Shown: piece after piece, positions 22,360 through 33,844 of the stretch
How the letters are laid out: the number at the start of each line of letters is the position of its first letter
Numbering within the stretch: position 1 is the stretch's first letter
Origin: Zancudomyces culisetae HAW-14-8
Taxonomy: Eukaryota > Fungi > Kickxellomycota
NCBI GenBank assembly: GCA_052426225.1
Contig: JBNJNM010000011.1
Span: 4,588,001-4,652,000, forward strand
Reading direction: 5' to 3'
DNA: 64,000 nt
Notes under the pieces: generated by a model
The model's database searches: none
What the model was told of the DNA's origin: nothing
Seen by the model: the letters and a program-made list of their open reading frames with translations, nothing else
Made by a program: the position numbers and the translations under genes

Positions 22360-25300
22360 ATGAGACTTGACGAAAAACAAATGGAGGAAAAGAAGGGGCT
22401 GATGAATGACGTGGAGAATGAGGATTTGAATAGTGAAATCGAATGCATTCTAAAAAAAGAAGTAAGGAATATTGGGAGTAAACTGGCGAACTCTTATAGT
22501 AATGACGAAATAAACAAGCAAGAAAAGAAAGCGGGATTTTTATCAAAGTTCAAAAAGGGTAGAAAAAAGAGCACAAAGCCACAAATATCATATTTTGAAT
22601 TATATAGATTTGCGAGTTCTGTGGATAAACTAATGATACTGGCAGGCATTGCCGGGTCAATGTGTGTAGGCATAGCTATTCCTTCAATGACAATATTCTT
22701 TAATAACGTACTTGGTGTATTTATAACCTATACATACGCCGTGGTTCAAGGTAATAAGAATGAGGCAGATACTATCTTGGAAGAAGGCGTGAAAACAGCC
22801 GTAGTTGGGTTTTTGTATATAGCATTAGCTGCATATGTGGCATCATATGTGGCATACGTGTGTTGGAACGTTACAGCAGTAAGGCAAGCCAAGAGAATGA
22901 GACAAGCGTATTACAGATCTATTATGAGCCAGGAGCCAGAATGGTTCGATTCAGTCAACGTCGGGGATCTGACTACGAGAATGACAGCAGATATCTCTAC
23001 AATCCAAGAGGGGATCAATGAGAAGGTCGGATTCATTATACAGCATGTAACTACATTTGTGAGTGGGTTTATACTGGCGTTCATAAGGGGCTGGAGGATG
23101 GCATTGGTCGTCCTTGCTGTACTACCGTTGCTTATGGGCTCCGGTAGCATAATAGGAATCAACATGAGTAAGTGGAGCAGCAGTGTCCAAGATGCGTATG
23201 CAGCGTCTGGAGCTGTGGCAGCTGAAGTGTTGTCGAGTATGCGGACTGTCATGGCGTTCAATGGGCAGGAAAGAGAGATCGGTCGGTATTCAAGCAAGTT
23301 GGGTAAGGGATACAGGGCAGGGATGAGAAAAATAACACTTTTTTCGATAGGAATGGGTGCAATATTTTTTATAATGTACTCTATTTATGCTTTGGCCTTT
23401 TGGTATGGAGCAAAGCTAGTTAGAGACGGTGTTTCTACGCCAGCCCAGGTGCTAACCGTGTTTTGGGCTCTGATGATAGGTGGATCTGGGCTGAGTGAAG
23501 CCACACCGAATATTTCGGCAATCACATCAGCAAGAGGTGCTGCTTCTGAAGTCTTTAAGGTTATTGATAAGAAGTCCAAAATCGATGCCACGGATCTTGA
23601 ATCTGGTGATTCTGCCGAGGATATACTGGGCGAAATTGAGTTCAAAAATGTATCGTTCAACTATCCCACCAGAGATGAAGTAAAAGTGCTTGATAATGTT
23701 AGTCTTAAAGTAAAGCCAGGCCAGAAAGTAGCATTTGTAGGGGAGTCAGGGTGTGGAAAATCAACAACTATAGCATTGGTTCAGAGATTGTATGACTGTT
23801 TGGAGGGAAATGTACTGATTGATGGAAAAGATATTAAAAAATATAATGTACGAAGTCTACGCCAAAACATGGGATTGGTGAGCCAAGAGCCAGTACTATT
23901 TGGAGTAAGTATAGCACAAAACATCAAATGGGGAGCAAAAGATTATGAAAACAATCCACCAACACAAGAAGATGTCGAAGAAGCATGTAAGGGAGCAAAT
24001 ATACATGATTTCATTATGACGCTTCCTGAAAAGTATGAAACATTGGTCGGAGAACGAGGTGCATTGTTATCAGGAGGTCAAAAACAGAGAATAGCAATTG
24101 CAAGAGCATTGATAAGAAATCCTAAAATATTATTGTTGGATGAAGCTACATCAGCACTAGATACGGAATCTGAAAAATTAGTTCAGGATGCACTTGATAA
24201 GTCTACATCAAATCGAACAACAATTACAATTGCGCATAGATTGTCAACAATAAAGGATTCAGATATGATATATGTGTTTGGTAAGGGACAGATCATAGAA
24301 AGTGGGACACATGCCGAGTTGGTGGAAATGGAAGGAGCATACGCATCATTGGTGAAGGCACAAGATTTGAAAAAGATAAAGGGCGACTCAACTGGTAACA
24401 AATCTGAACCGCAAGAAAGTATCCAGCTCGAAAAAAAATTGATTGATATAACTCAAGAGGTTGGATTACAGAGCGGCTCATCATTATGTAGCAAGGACAC
24501 GGATGAGAAAAAGAAGAAGCAGGGTAGCTATCGAGACTATATTTGGGTTATAAAGAAGTATTCAGCCCAAAGTAGGCTATTCATACCAGGAGTTTTCATC
24601 TCAATTGCTGACGGTTTTCTAGTTCCAGCATTCGCGGTGGCCTTCTCAAAAATGTTGACATCATTTGGAAATCCAGACGCAGCCAAGCAAAAGAGTGAGA
24701 CAAATTTTTATGCATTGCTATTTTTCCTTTTTGCGGTTGCAACATACATTACTCTTGGGCTTAGAACGTATACCTTTGGCAGAAGTGCAGTTAAGGTCAA
24801 TATTAGGCTTAAAAAGGATATGTTTGCGCATATTGTTTATCAAGATAGCGAATTTTTTGACCAAAAGGCTAATGGTTCAGGCACACTTACATCAAGACTT
24901 GCTTCTGAGCCAGAGGATATCTACCTGGTAAACTCCGATGCACTACCATTGTTTTTTAGTGCTTTGGGATGTTTAGTCACTAGTGTGGTTATAGGCTTTG
25001 TGAGATCATGGATGCTGACACTGGCAATTCTGGCCGTTATTCCTAGCATAGCATTTGCTCAATCTCAGCGTTCAAAAGGAATGATGAACGCGGTTAAGAA
25101 ATCAAAAACGGCACAGGAACTAGCTGCTCAAGAGGTCGCTGAATCCATTTCCAACATAAAGACTGTTACCTCTTTATCTCGAGAAAACACTCTGATAAGT
25201 AATTATGTTCAAAGCAACGTTTCACCACACAAGGCCACACTAAAGGGGTATTATATCAACGGACTACTTTACGCATTCTCCACCGCATCAATGTATTTGG

Positions 25301-26292
25301 TCTATGCCCTATCTTTTTATGCAGGCTCAAAATTTGTTATTGCTGGATATATCAACACATCACAGATGCTTGATACGTTATATTCTATTATGTTTGGCGC
25401 TGTTGGGTTGGGTCGATGTTCTAACGCTGTCGGAATGCTTCCAAAAGCTTTAAACAGTTCGTCAAGGATTAGAGAGTTATTTGGTACCGAACCGAAAATT
25501 GCTGCGCTCACCAAAGAATCTCAGGAGCACAAGTCCATACTCCCTTCAGAACTCAAAGGTGATATCAAAGCCGATGACGTCTCTTTCTCCTATCCCACTC
25601 GTCCTGATATTCAAGCTCTCAAGCATGTCAACGTGAATGCTGCTCCAGGTCAAACAATTGCTCTGGTCGGCTCTTCAGGGTCTGGGAAATCAACCATCAT
25701 TAATCTAATACTTCGGTTGTACGATGTATCGGATGGGTCGGTTAGTGTTGATTCAGTAGATGTACGAGATTGGCCTTTGGATAAACTACGTGATCATCCG
25801 TCACTGGTATCACAAGAACCCATTTTGTTTGATTGTTCAGCATCTGAAAACATCAAGTATGGTAAACCCGATGCAACAGAGTTTGAGGTTCAGCAAGCTG
25901 CCAAGGCTGCAAATATACATAACCTGTTGATGGATTTACCAGATGGGTATAATACTAGAGTTGGAGGTAAAGGATCAATGCTGAGTGGAGGACAGAAGCA
26001 GAGAATAGCGATAGCAAGAGCATTGATTAGAAATCCTAAAATACTGCTGTTGGATGAAGCTACATCAGCACTGGATACAGAATCAGAGAAGGTGGTTCAA
26101 TATGCACTGGATAAGGCTAGTGTTGGTAGAACAACCATTTCGGTGGCACACAGATTATCGACAATTCAGAACGCGGATTGGATATACGTATTTAAGAGTG
26201 GCGAGGTGATCGAACAAGGAAACCACGAATCGTTGATAGGACTGGGAGGAACATACGCCAGTTTGGTCAAGCAACAATCTCTTGCTATTTAG
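22360..26292 (+). CDS. Full-length ABCB/MDR (P-glycoprotein-like) transporter
   Basis: TMD-NBD-TMD-NBD layout; Walker A GESGCGKS and GSSGSGKS; two LSGGQKQR signatures; ILLLDEATSALD. First ATG at 22360. Confidence 0.96.
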   Translation: MRLDEKQMEEKKGLMNDVENEDLNSEIECILKKEVRNIGSKLANSYSNDEINKQEKKAGFLSKFKKGRKKSTKPQISYFELYRFASSVDKLMILAGIAGSMCVGIAIPSMTIFFNNVLGVFITYTYAVVQGNKNEADTILEEGVKTAVVGFLYIALAAYVASYVAYVCWNVTAVRQAKRMRQAYYRSIMSQEPEWFDSVNVGDLTTRMTADISTIQEGINEKVGFIIQHVTTFVSGFILAFIRGWRMALVVLAVLPLLMGSGSIIGINMSKWSSSVQDAYAASGAVAAEVLSSMRTVMAFNGQEREIGRYSSKLGKGYRAGMRKITLFSIGMGAIFFIMYSIYALAFWYGAKLVRDGVSTPAQVLTVFWALMIGGSGLSEATPNISAITSARGAASEVFKVIDKKSKIDATDLESGDSAEDILGEIEFKNVSFNYPTRDEVKVLDNVSLKVKPGQKVAFVGESGCGKSTTIALVQRLYDCLEGNVLIDGKDIKKYNVRSLRQNMGLVSQEPVLFGVSIAQNIKWGAKDYENNPPTQEDVEEACKGANIHDFIMTLPEKYETLVGERGALLSGGQKQRIAIARALIRNPKILLLDEATSALDTESEKLVQDALDKSTSNRTTITIAHRLSTIKDSDMIYVFGKGQIIESGTHAELVEMEGAYASLVKAQDLKKIKGDSTGNKSEPQESIQLEKKLIDITQEVGLQSGSSLCSKDTDEKKKKQGSYRDYIWVIKKYSAQSRLFIPGVFISIADGFLVPAFAVAFSKMLTSFGNPDAAKQKSETNFYALLFFLFAVATYITLGLRTYTFGRSAVKVNIRLKKDMFAHIVYQDSEFFDQKANGSGTLTSRLASEPEDIYLVNSDALPLFFSALGCLVTSVVIGFVRSWMLTLAILAVIPSIAFAQSQRSKGMMNAVKKSKTAQELAAQEVAESISNIKTVTSLSRENTLISNYVQSNVSPHKATLKGYYINGLLYAFSTASMYLVYALSFYAGSKFVIAGYINTSQMLDTLYSIMFGAVGLGRCSNAVGMLPKALNSSSRIRELFGTEPKIAALTKESQEHKSILPSELKGDIKADDVSFSYPTRPDIQALKHVNVNAAPGQTIALVGSSGSGKSTIINLILRLYDVSDGSVSVDSVDVRDWPLDKLRDHPSLVSQEPILFDCSASENIKYGKPDATEFEVQQAAKAANIHNLLMDLPDGYNTRVGGKGSMLSGGQKQRIAIARALIRNPKILLLDEATSALDTESEKVVQYALDKASVGRTTISVAHRLSTIQNADWIYVFKSGEVIEQGNHESLIGLGGTYASLVKQQSLAI

Positions 26293-27017
26293 CCTATTTT
26301 CTTTTTTCCAGTCTAACGCTATTTTTCACTATATGTGTGTATATACCTGCTACTTTGTCTTTACTTGGATACATTGTTGATATTTTTCCACGACCTCACC
26401 TTTGTGTGCTCAATTTTTCTTCTGCCCATTCTCTTTTCGTAGTAAAGTGATATTGGGAAATTTAAACGTTACTTCTTCCCATTTACTTGATGGGGTAAGT
26501 AATACTCTCTCCTTATATTCTGTGTGTTGATAACAAAAATAAAAGACTCATCCCAATTTTGCTTTATTTGTGCTGATTTCAAATGCTTATTGATTCGAAA
26601 TTTATTAATTAATTAATTTGGGGGGGGGGGGGTTGTATCTTACCCCTTGCTGGGGAGTTAATATTTCGAACCTGGCGTTTATAGGTGATGTTTCCCCAAA
26701 CTTCGCATTTTCGCTTAGCTACACATATTCGGCCCTTTTACTAATTTAATACGTCTTTAGTTTCTTTATATTCCGAAGCAGTATGAAATATGGCCAGCCT
26801 TCCCCATTTTTGAACATTGGCATAATGTGTATAGATACTATCTTTTTGTTACGTCCTTGTTTAGCCAGGTAGTGTTAAAACATATAAGCCGAGTGTTGAA
26901 AAATAAAAGTACACATGTTTACCTATCGCTGTCAGCAAGTAGTAGTTCAATAATTTATAAATGGTGTTCTTTAACTGTTCTTTATCTGTTTTCATATACC
27001 TTTTTCTTTAATTTAGA

Positions 27018-28001
27018 ATGTATAACTTTAAACATAAAATTAGTGCAATAAATGCGCATACTATTTCTATTCTACTTGTAATCCTCTGTTTAATGTCACA
27101 ATGTGGCAGCCATTTAACTTTTAACTCAAAACGCACTCTAAGAAAGAGAGTCTACAATGGAGAAGAAATATCTCATGACGAAGTGCCATTTTTAACCAAA
27201 ATACTGGTTAAAAAAGTTATAGGCGCTGAGATTCATAAGTTTTTGATTGGGGGCGTTCTTATATCAGACAAGTATGTACTGACATCTGCGCATGGTGTAA
27301 GGAATAAAAACGTTTGGGTTACAGACCCAAATGATCTTGAAGTACGGATAGAGTCCAGTACAGCAAAAAGTGAGGTAAAACTGAAAGTCAAAAGAGTAGT
27401 TACGCACCCTAAGTACAGACTAGATCTTGATCCTACCGATATTTACAACAGAGGGAACGATATCACCATTTTGGAGATCGAGAAGGATGCTAGATTATCA
27501 CAGGTTGTGACTGATGGAAGGGTCTTGGTGAATAAGTTGAATATATGCAACACGAGGCTCAAAGAACCAAAGATTGTAACTGCTGTTGGATGGGGAAGAA
27601 GCCAAAGTAAGAAAGGATTATATAACTATAGACTACTAAAAAAGGTCGTTATACATTTGGATACTGTGAGGAATATTGTGAAAAGAATTAAAAAAAAGGT
27701 TAGCTTTAGCAATTTACTATTTTATTCTCTGGCTAGAGACAACAGGCGGTGTGGGAAGGGGGATTCGGGTGGACCAATGTACATTGACACGCCTTCGGAA
27801 AGATGTTTGTTGGGCTTAGTAGAGGGATCAATGTCATTTGAACTAGATTTTGATGAGCCTGAGTATACTGAAAGCTTACTTTCGTCTGATGGTAAATATC
27901 ATGTTGATACGTTTACCAAGATACGCAGCCATATGGGATGGATCAGTAGCGTGACAGGCTTGGAAGACACGTATTTTTACCGTGATGCCAGATACAAATA
28001 G
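27018..28001 (+). CDS. Secreted trypsin-family (S1) serine protease, divergent
   Basis: Signal-like hydrophobic stretch; RKR|VYNG activation site; triad motifs TSAH, NDITIL, GDSGGP. Confidence 0.88.
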   Translation: MYNFKHKISAINAHTISILLVILCLMSQCGSHLTFNSKRTLRKRVYNGEEISHDEVPFLTKILVKKVIGAEIHKFLIGGVLISDKYVLTSAHGVRNKNVWVTDPNDLEVRIESSTAKSEVKLKVKRVVTHPKYRLDLDPTDIYNRGNDITILEIEKDARLSQVVTDGRVLVNKLNICNTRLKEPKIVTAVGWGRSQSKKGLYNYRLLKKVVIHLDTVRNIVKRIKKKVSFSNLLFYSLARDNRRCGKGDSGGPMYIDTPSERCLLGLVEGSMSFELDFDEPEYTESLLSSDGKYHVDTFTKIRSHMGWISSVTGLEDTYFYRDARYK

Positions 28002-28350
28002 TCAGTCTAGTATATCTATTCAATACTAATTCTGGCACATCCAGAGTTTTTGATTGTCCTCAGACATCGTTCTTTTTAGTTATTTTATTTTTCCTTTTTT
28101 TTGTTTTACTTGATATCTAGCAACCAGCCCAATAAAATAATAAAATTCCGTATAACTAGTATCTTTGCTAGCTGGTGAATATGTAACATATACGTGGTCG
28201 GCGATTTTCATTACAGGAGGTTAAAACATGATAAAAAATGACATCATCTCTTCAATATATTTGATCTCTACCGGTTTATTATAAAACTAGATTAAAATGA
28301 AATATAAAAACAGAAAAACAAAAAGAATGGATATAAATAGCGCACAAGAG

Positions 28351-29478
28351 TTAGATATTTCGTAACAAGTAATCGACTGCAGCATGAACATTTCCTCCTG
28401 TGGCAACAAGAGCCCTAATGTTTTTTTCAGTATCCCAAAAGCCCATTTCTGTCAGTGCTTGAAGCTGTGTAGCATACCTCTCTTCTGGTGGCTGTTGTGG
28501 TTGTTGTGGCTGCTGCTGCTGGTTGGCACCCCCGGTAAAAGGGGTAAAAGGGTTGCTCCCGAGTGGACCCCAAGGAGGACCCAGCATACTAGCATACAGC
28601 TGCTGCATTGCCTGCTGCTGTTCAGGAGTTTGAGTGAACGTCTGACCACTTGGTGTATTGGCATTTGTTGCTCCAGGTGTAGTTGCTGCTGGTGTTGTTG
28701 TAGTAGTAGTAGTGTTAGTGGTTGTGTTTTGAGCAGGAGTTGCCCAAGGGTTATAGGTCCCTGGAGATGCCGTACCACCTCTAGCTCTTGACATAGCGGA
28801 TTGCATCTGCATAAGACTCCGGAGAACCTCTGGATTGGACATTGCGTTCATAAACGCTGGGGACAGCATGGCTTGGCGCATTTCAGGAGTCATCGTGTTT
28901 GCAAGCATAGGGTTGCTGTCAATCATTTGTCTTAGAAGTTCCGGGTTGGAAAGCATCGTCTGGGTGACTTGTTGAATCATTGGATCGTTCATCATGCGTT
29001 CCATGTGCTCTGGGGACATTCCGGCAGCTCCTTGCATCCATGGTGGCATTCCCTCCTGTCCAAACATTCCCGCACCAAAGGGTCCTGAGCCAAATCCTGC
29101 ATCTGCTGCTGCTGTAGCCGCTGGCATAGTTGATGATTCTGTATTTCCAATGTTTGTGCTTGGGGTGGTGGTTGCTGCAGACACACTTGGTGATGTTGTA
29201 GCGCCAGAGGAGTTACCGCCAGCTCCACCACTTTCCACTTTAGCCTTTCTCACGACCAAATGCACGGAATTTCCGTCCTTAATGTTATATACCTCCAGTA
29301 AATCTTCATCTTTTAGTATTCTTCCTCCGTAGATCAATCGCTGGCCATCTTTTGGAATCGTATTATCTAGCTGCTCGATTTTCTCTTTAAGCTGCCCCAC
29401 TGTGGTGCTGGCTACATCCACTTTGATGGAAAATTTCTTCTCGTTAGTTCCCTTGATGTTAATCTCAATTTCGCCCAT
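28351..29478 (-). CDS. DSK2: Ubiquilin/Dsk2 (UBL-STI1-UBA shuttle factor)
   Basis: N-terminal UBL ([12 protein letters not shown]), Met/Pro-rich STI1 repeats ([10 protein letters not shown]), C-terminal UBA ([18 protein letters not shown]). Confidence 0.95.
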   Translation of the reverse strand: MGEIEINIKGTNEKKFSIKVDVASTTVGQLKEKIEQLDNTIPKDGQRLIYGGRILKDEDLLEVYNIKDGNSVHLVVRKAKVESGGAGGNSSGATTSPSVSAATTTPSTNIGNTESSTMPAATAAADAGFGSGPFGAGMFGQEGMPPWMQGAAGMSPEHMERMMNDPMIQQVTQTMLSNPELLRQMIDSNPMLANTMTPEMRQAMLSPAFMNAMSNPEVLRSLMQMQSAMSRARGGTASPGTYNPWATPAQNTTTNTTTTTTTPAATTPGATNANTPSGQTFTQTPEQQQAMQQLYASMLGPPWGPLGSNPFTPFTGGANQQQQPQQPQQPPEERYATQLQALTEMGFWDTEKNIRALVATGGNVHAAVDYLLRNI

Positions 29479-30497
29479 CTTTTTATGTACATGCGATGAG
29501 GGGATTTTAATTCCTTTTTCTTTTGCTGGTTATCCTGTACCTTCTATTTTTTGAAATATATGTGGGTTTTTAAAATTTGCGGATTTATTTAGCGAAATTA
29601 GCTGATAAAAATAATTGCAGAACTTGCCACCTGCTCTTTATTGAATTATTTTTTTTTGTTGCGATTTTCCTGCTAATGGTTTGCAAAAAGAAAGCGAAAT
29701 AGTAGCATGGACAATGCCTACTAGTTCCGAAATTTTATGGGTCTATCTACATGTAAATAAACTCTTCGATTTTGTTCTTTTGTTTTCTAAATGCGCAGTT
29801 TTGAGACTGCATGCAAGTAGAGTAGCTCTACATTTCTGATAATACAACTGGGTACTGCCTCAGAACTTATGAAACTATCACCTTCGTATTGCTACCAGAT
29901 CGCCTATTCAAGATACACCCCTTTGACGCTAAATAGGCTAGTTTACATCATAATATGATCGTTGTAAAAATACCAGCATAGTAAACAAGTTTTGCTTGTG
30001 GGAAGTTTTTCGTGATATGGACAAAATGAACATTTTTTATGATGCAGCAAGCTTCAAGAGACATAACACAACAAAAATACCATAAACGTTATTTTGGCAT
30101 ATAGTTACATACAAAAACAGATGCTTTATGCGCTATAATATCTACACATGCTTTGGTGGTTGGAGTAGCATTTACTGATTCTACAACAACAAAAAAGAGG
30201 GTTTTTTCTTAAAGTGATGAGAAGATTGGCTGGCGCAAAGGATTAGTATATGATGTTTCATGTTTGAATTTTGCTGTTGACTTTTTTCCACCATTTTGGA
30301 AAACACATGGTAGGCTAAATCCTGTATTTCCACCAAATGGAGTGATGATTGGCTAGACCAATTCAAAAGCAGTAATATACACTTCGTTTTTTCGTTCTTG
30401 TATTCTTTTATAAAGTGTACAGGTGCCAACTCTAGTTTGACAACTGCAATCAGTTTTGAAGAATTATTAGTAGATAAACACCAGGAAAAGTAAAAAA

Positions 30498-31737
30498 ATG
30501 CCAGTGAGCTTGGGGTTTGGCTACGATAGATTCATTGTTTTTGGTGGCTCAAGTACCGAGGTAAGCTGCTTTTAATTGTATATCTTATTCGGGCAGTAAG
30601 ACCTGGATAATAAATATATCTTTGTGTTCAATATACAAATGGAACCAGCTTAAAAATTGAGTTAAAGAAAATATTCTAGTTTGATTATTGTATGGTGTTG
30701 CTCCTACAAGTAACCTAAAGCATTTCCTTTTCCTTAATTATGTAAAAAGTTTGCATACGATACCAAACAAGGCGGATGGGTTGCTCAGATAGCCAATAAA
30801 TACAAGGGAAAGATTGACGTTATAAACAGAGGTTTCTCAGGTACCCATGTTTAATTGTATATAAAAATTATGCGTTTAACAGAAAAGAGAGAATATAACA
30901 TTTATTTCTGTAATTATAGGGTATAATACAAGATATGCAAAGGAGATATTTTTCAAGCTATTTCCGAGAACCGAGTGTATTTCTACCAAGGATAATGCAA
31001 ATAAAAAGATAACACAGCATTTGCAGACGCTGCCAAGCAACGATAATGACTCTGAACTATCAAGATTTTTAAATAAATCTTTTTCCTCCGAGTGCGAATC
31101 AAAGATAAGGCTAGTCACTATATTTCTGGGTGTAAATGATGCATCACTACCATGGAATGCACTCCATATACCATTACCTGAGTTTATCGAAAACCTCTCT
31201 CAAATGATTGAGCTTATACACAACCCCAGCTCGGCCTACTACAATAAGAATATCAAGATAATCTTAATAACACCGCCGCCTGTACACGAAGAGATGTGGA
31301 AAATAGAATGTGCTAAATCAAATCTTCCAATGAATAGGAGTAATGAACTCGCAAAGCTGTATGCGGATGCGGTAGTGGAAGTTGGAAAAAAGTATAAAGT
31401 GCCTGTGGTTAATATTTATGACCGGATTATCGCTGAAATCCAAAATTACAGAGCATCACATTTTAAATCTGAAGCATCTGAAGGAAACAGCGTACAACAA
31501 GGTAGTGGTGATGATATAGAGAAGGGAAGGTGGTTTGGATTTGAGCAATTTCTCTATGATGGGTTGCATTTGAATGGAAGGGGAAATACAATACTGACAG
31601 AAATGATACTTGATACTATCGCTACACACTTCCCTGAGTTGCATCACAGAAAATTGAAGCCGGTAGTTCCAACAATCTATGAGGCCATTGAGTTTTATGA
31701 CAAGCTTTCGAAAATGCACATCAAGAGCAAACTTTAA
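30498..31737 (+). CDS. SGNH/GDSL esterase (Iah1-like), 3 exons (30498-30560, 30750-30840, 30920-31737), 323 aa
   Basis: Block I FGGSST, block II NRGFSGYNT across the splice, block III FLGVND, block V DGLH; GT-AG introns keep frame. Confidence 0.88.
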
Positions 31738-32440
31738 TAGTATACTTTTTTGTGATTTACTGCGCTGCTGTTATGAATAAAATTGCATTTTCATTTTCAT
31801 TTTCCCAGGTTACCTCTATGCTATCGCCTTTAAGCATTTATTTCAGTACACGCTAAATGCCGAACATAAGGGAGGAGGGGGAGTCGATAGAGACCTTGAT
31901 GGTGCAAAATTCAACACTAGCTTTAAACAACGCGGTGTGCTGCTCTTCTTGTTACACACACATTCTCTCTCCCTGCGTATGGGAGAATATATACAGATTA
32001 TTTTGTATATTAGCTTTTTTTTTGTTTCTGTAGTTGGTGAGTGCTTTTTGCCCAGACCCCATATCCAATCACAAATGCCTCTTTAATCGAGTCAGCCAAA
32101 TGATGGTATACAGTTAAACGAAATTAAGATTATGCGAATAAAAATTTTTTATTTGATAATCTTAACTATTAACAATTTTTTTTGCGTTTATTATTTTTGT
32201 TGCTTCTTCCTTCCTAAAAAGGGGAAGGTTGGATCCAGTCGTCTAATTTCACAGCTCCCCATTTGCTACAGCCAAAAAAGAAAAAGGTGTGGTGGATATT
32301 AGTAATAGCAACTAGTTGTTTCCTGTAGCTTGATAATGTATAATAGGGATAGTTTATCTTTTTTGGTTTTATTAATTCACAATTGTCTTAGTACTGAAAA
32401 GTACAAATTAAACAGATAAAGTTAATTAAAATAGTATAAG

Positions 32441-33153
32441 ATGAGCTTTAGAAACGCATTTCGGAGGCTTGGTCAAGGTTTGGGCGGAAAAATCAAAAGC
32501 AATGGATTGCAGACGGCTCTTAAGCCTGGCAATATTATAGCTGGCCAGGGTTTTCGAATAACTCCAACCGGACGGTTTTTTACCAGTAATAAAGGTTAGT
32601 TTTTGAGCACAAGATATTTTGAGGATAACGACCTAATGATTAAATATATTTTTGATTGTACGTACTATAGCTTTGAAGGAAAAGTAAGTAAAATTAAGTC
32701 AACACTATTCCAACCGTTCATTTTCGGGAAACATATGATTTTTTTCTACTCTTTGAGTAAAAGTTAGTGTGATTAAGCATAATATAATTTCAATTTGACA
32801 GGATTCCAATAACCTTCGTGACACCCGAAAAACTAGAAATAAAGGCATTTGGCGAGGAAGGAATGAATCTATTAGAGGTAGCACATGAAAACGATGTAGA
32901 TTTAGAGGGGGCATGTGAATGCAGCTGTGCTTGCTCAACTTGCCACTTGATCTTGGAGGAAGGGCTATATGACAACCTGGAGGAGCCTAGTGATGAGGAA
33001 ATGGATATGTTGGACTTGGCATTTGGACTGACCGAGACTTCTAGATTGGGATGCCAAATCAAATTAACCAAGGATATGGCGAATTCAAAGTTTTACTTGC
33101 CTGCAGCTACCAGAAACTTCTATGTTGATGGCGCAAAACCGACACACCATTAG
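32441..33153 (+). CDS. YAH1: Mitochondrial 2Fe-2S ferredoxin (adrenodoxin/Yah1), 3 exons (32441-32594, 32671-32683, 32802-33153), 172 aa
   Basis: EGACECSCACSTCH, DMLDLAFGLTETSRLGCQ; Arg-rich presequence in exon 1. Confidence 0.93.
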
Positions 33154-33844
33154 GGATTTGATTTATTACTGTTAGCACATAAATTCGAATAGTTTTGATG
33201 TATCCAAGATCGTAATTGTGGTTTGCTTTTGGTTTGCGGCACTGTGTTGCAAATGCTAACAATATATTTCTCGTGTTTATAGTATATTAAGTTGGGGGAG
33301 AGTGCTAGGTGTCAGATTGAAATAAAAATAGACAAAACAAAGATATAGTATAAAAACGGGAAAATAATGGACCACCGGCTCCTCCCACATTCCCAATATT
33401 TTCCGCTGAAAATGATGGTAAGGGTGCTCCACGCGCTTCTACAAGTACCGCTTCTCAAGCCATCTAATGTTTTGGCTAACGGATCAAAAATTAGACCAGT
33501 ATGGTGGATACCGAAGAAAGTTGCAAATACTAAAACGGATAAAGTTTATGATGCTTTTGTTTATTAAAACGACTGGAATACATAAAAATGATTATAAACA
33601 GCAATACGAGGTATAAAGAAGGAACCCATCAAAGTACAAACAGTTATCACTGCTATCGTTATCATTATAATTGTTGTAATTGTAGTTGTTGCTATTTTTT
33701 CCCCTATTTTTTTGCCACTCCAAAAATCGGCAGAGTCGCACATGTACACATAAATAAAACATAGATACGAATCGATAACAAACCGGAAGATAAAGAGCAG
33801 ATCGAAATAAAGAGTGGTAGAAGAGTTGTTGGCGGCTAAAACCT

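Noticed and set aside
15524-28001. MFS + lipase + ABCB + protease as a metabolic gene cluster
   Set aside because: No backbone synthase or cluster transcription factor; long spacers; no evidence of a shared pathway
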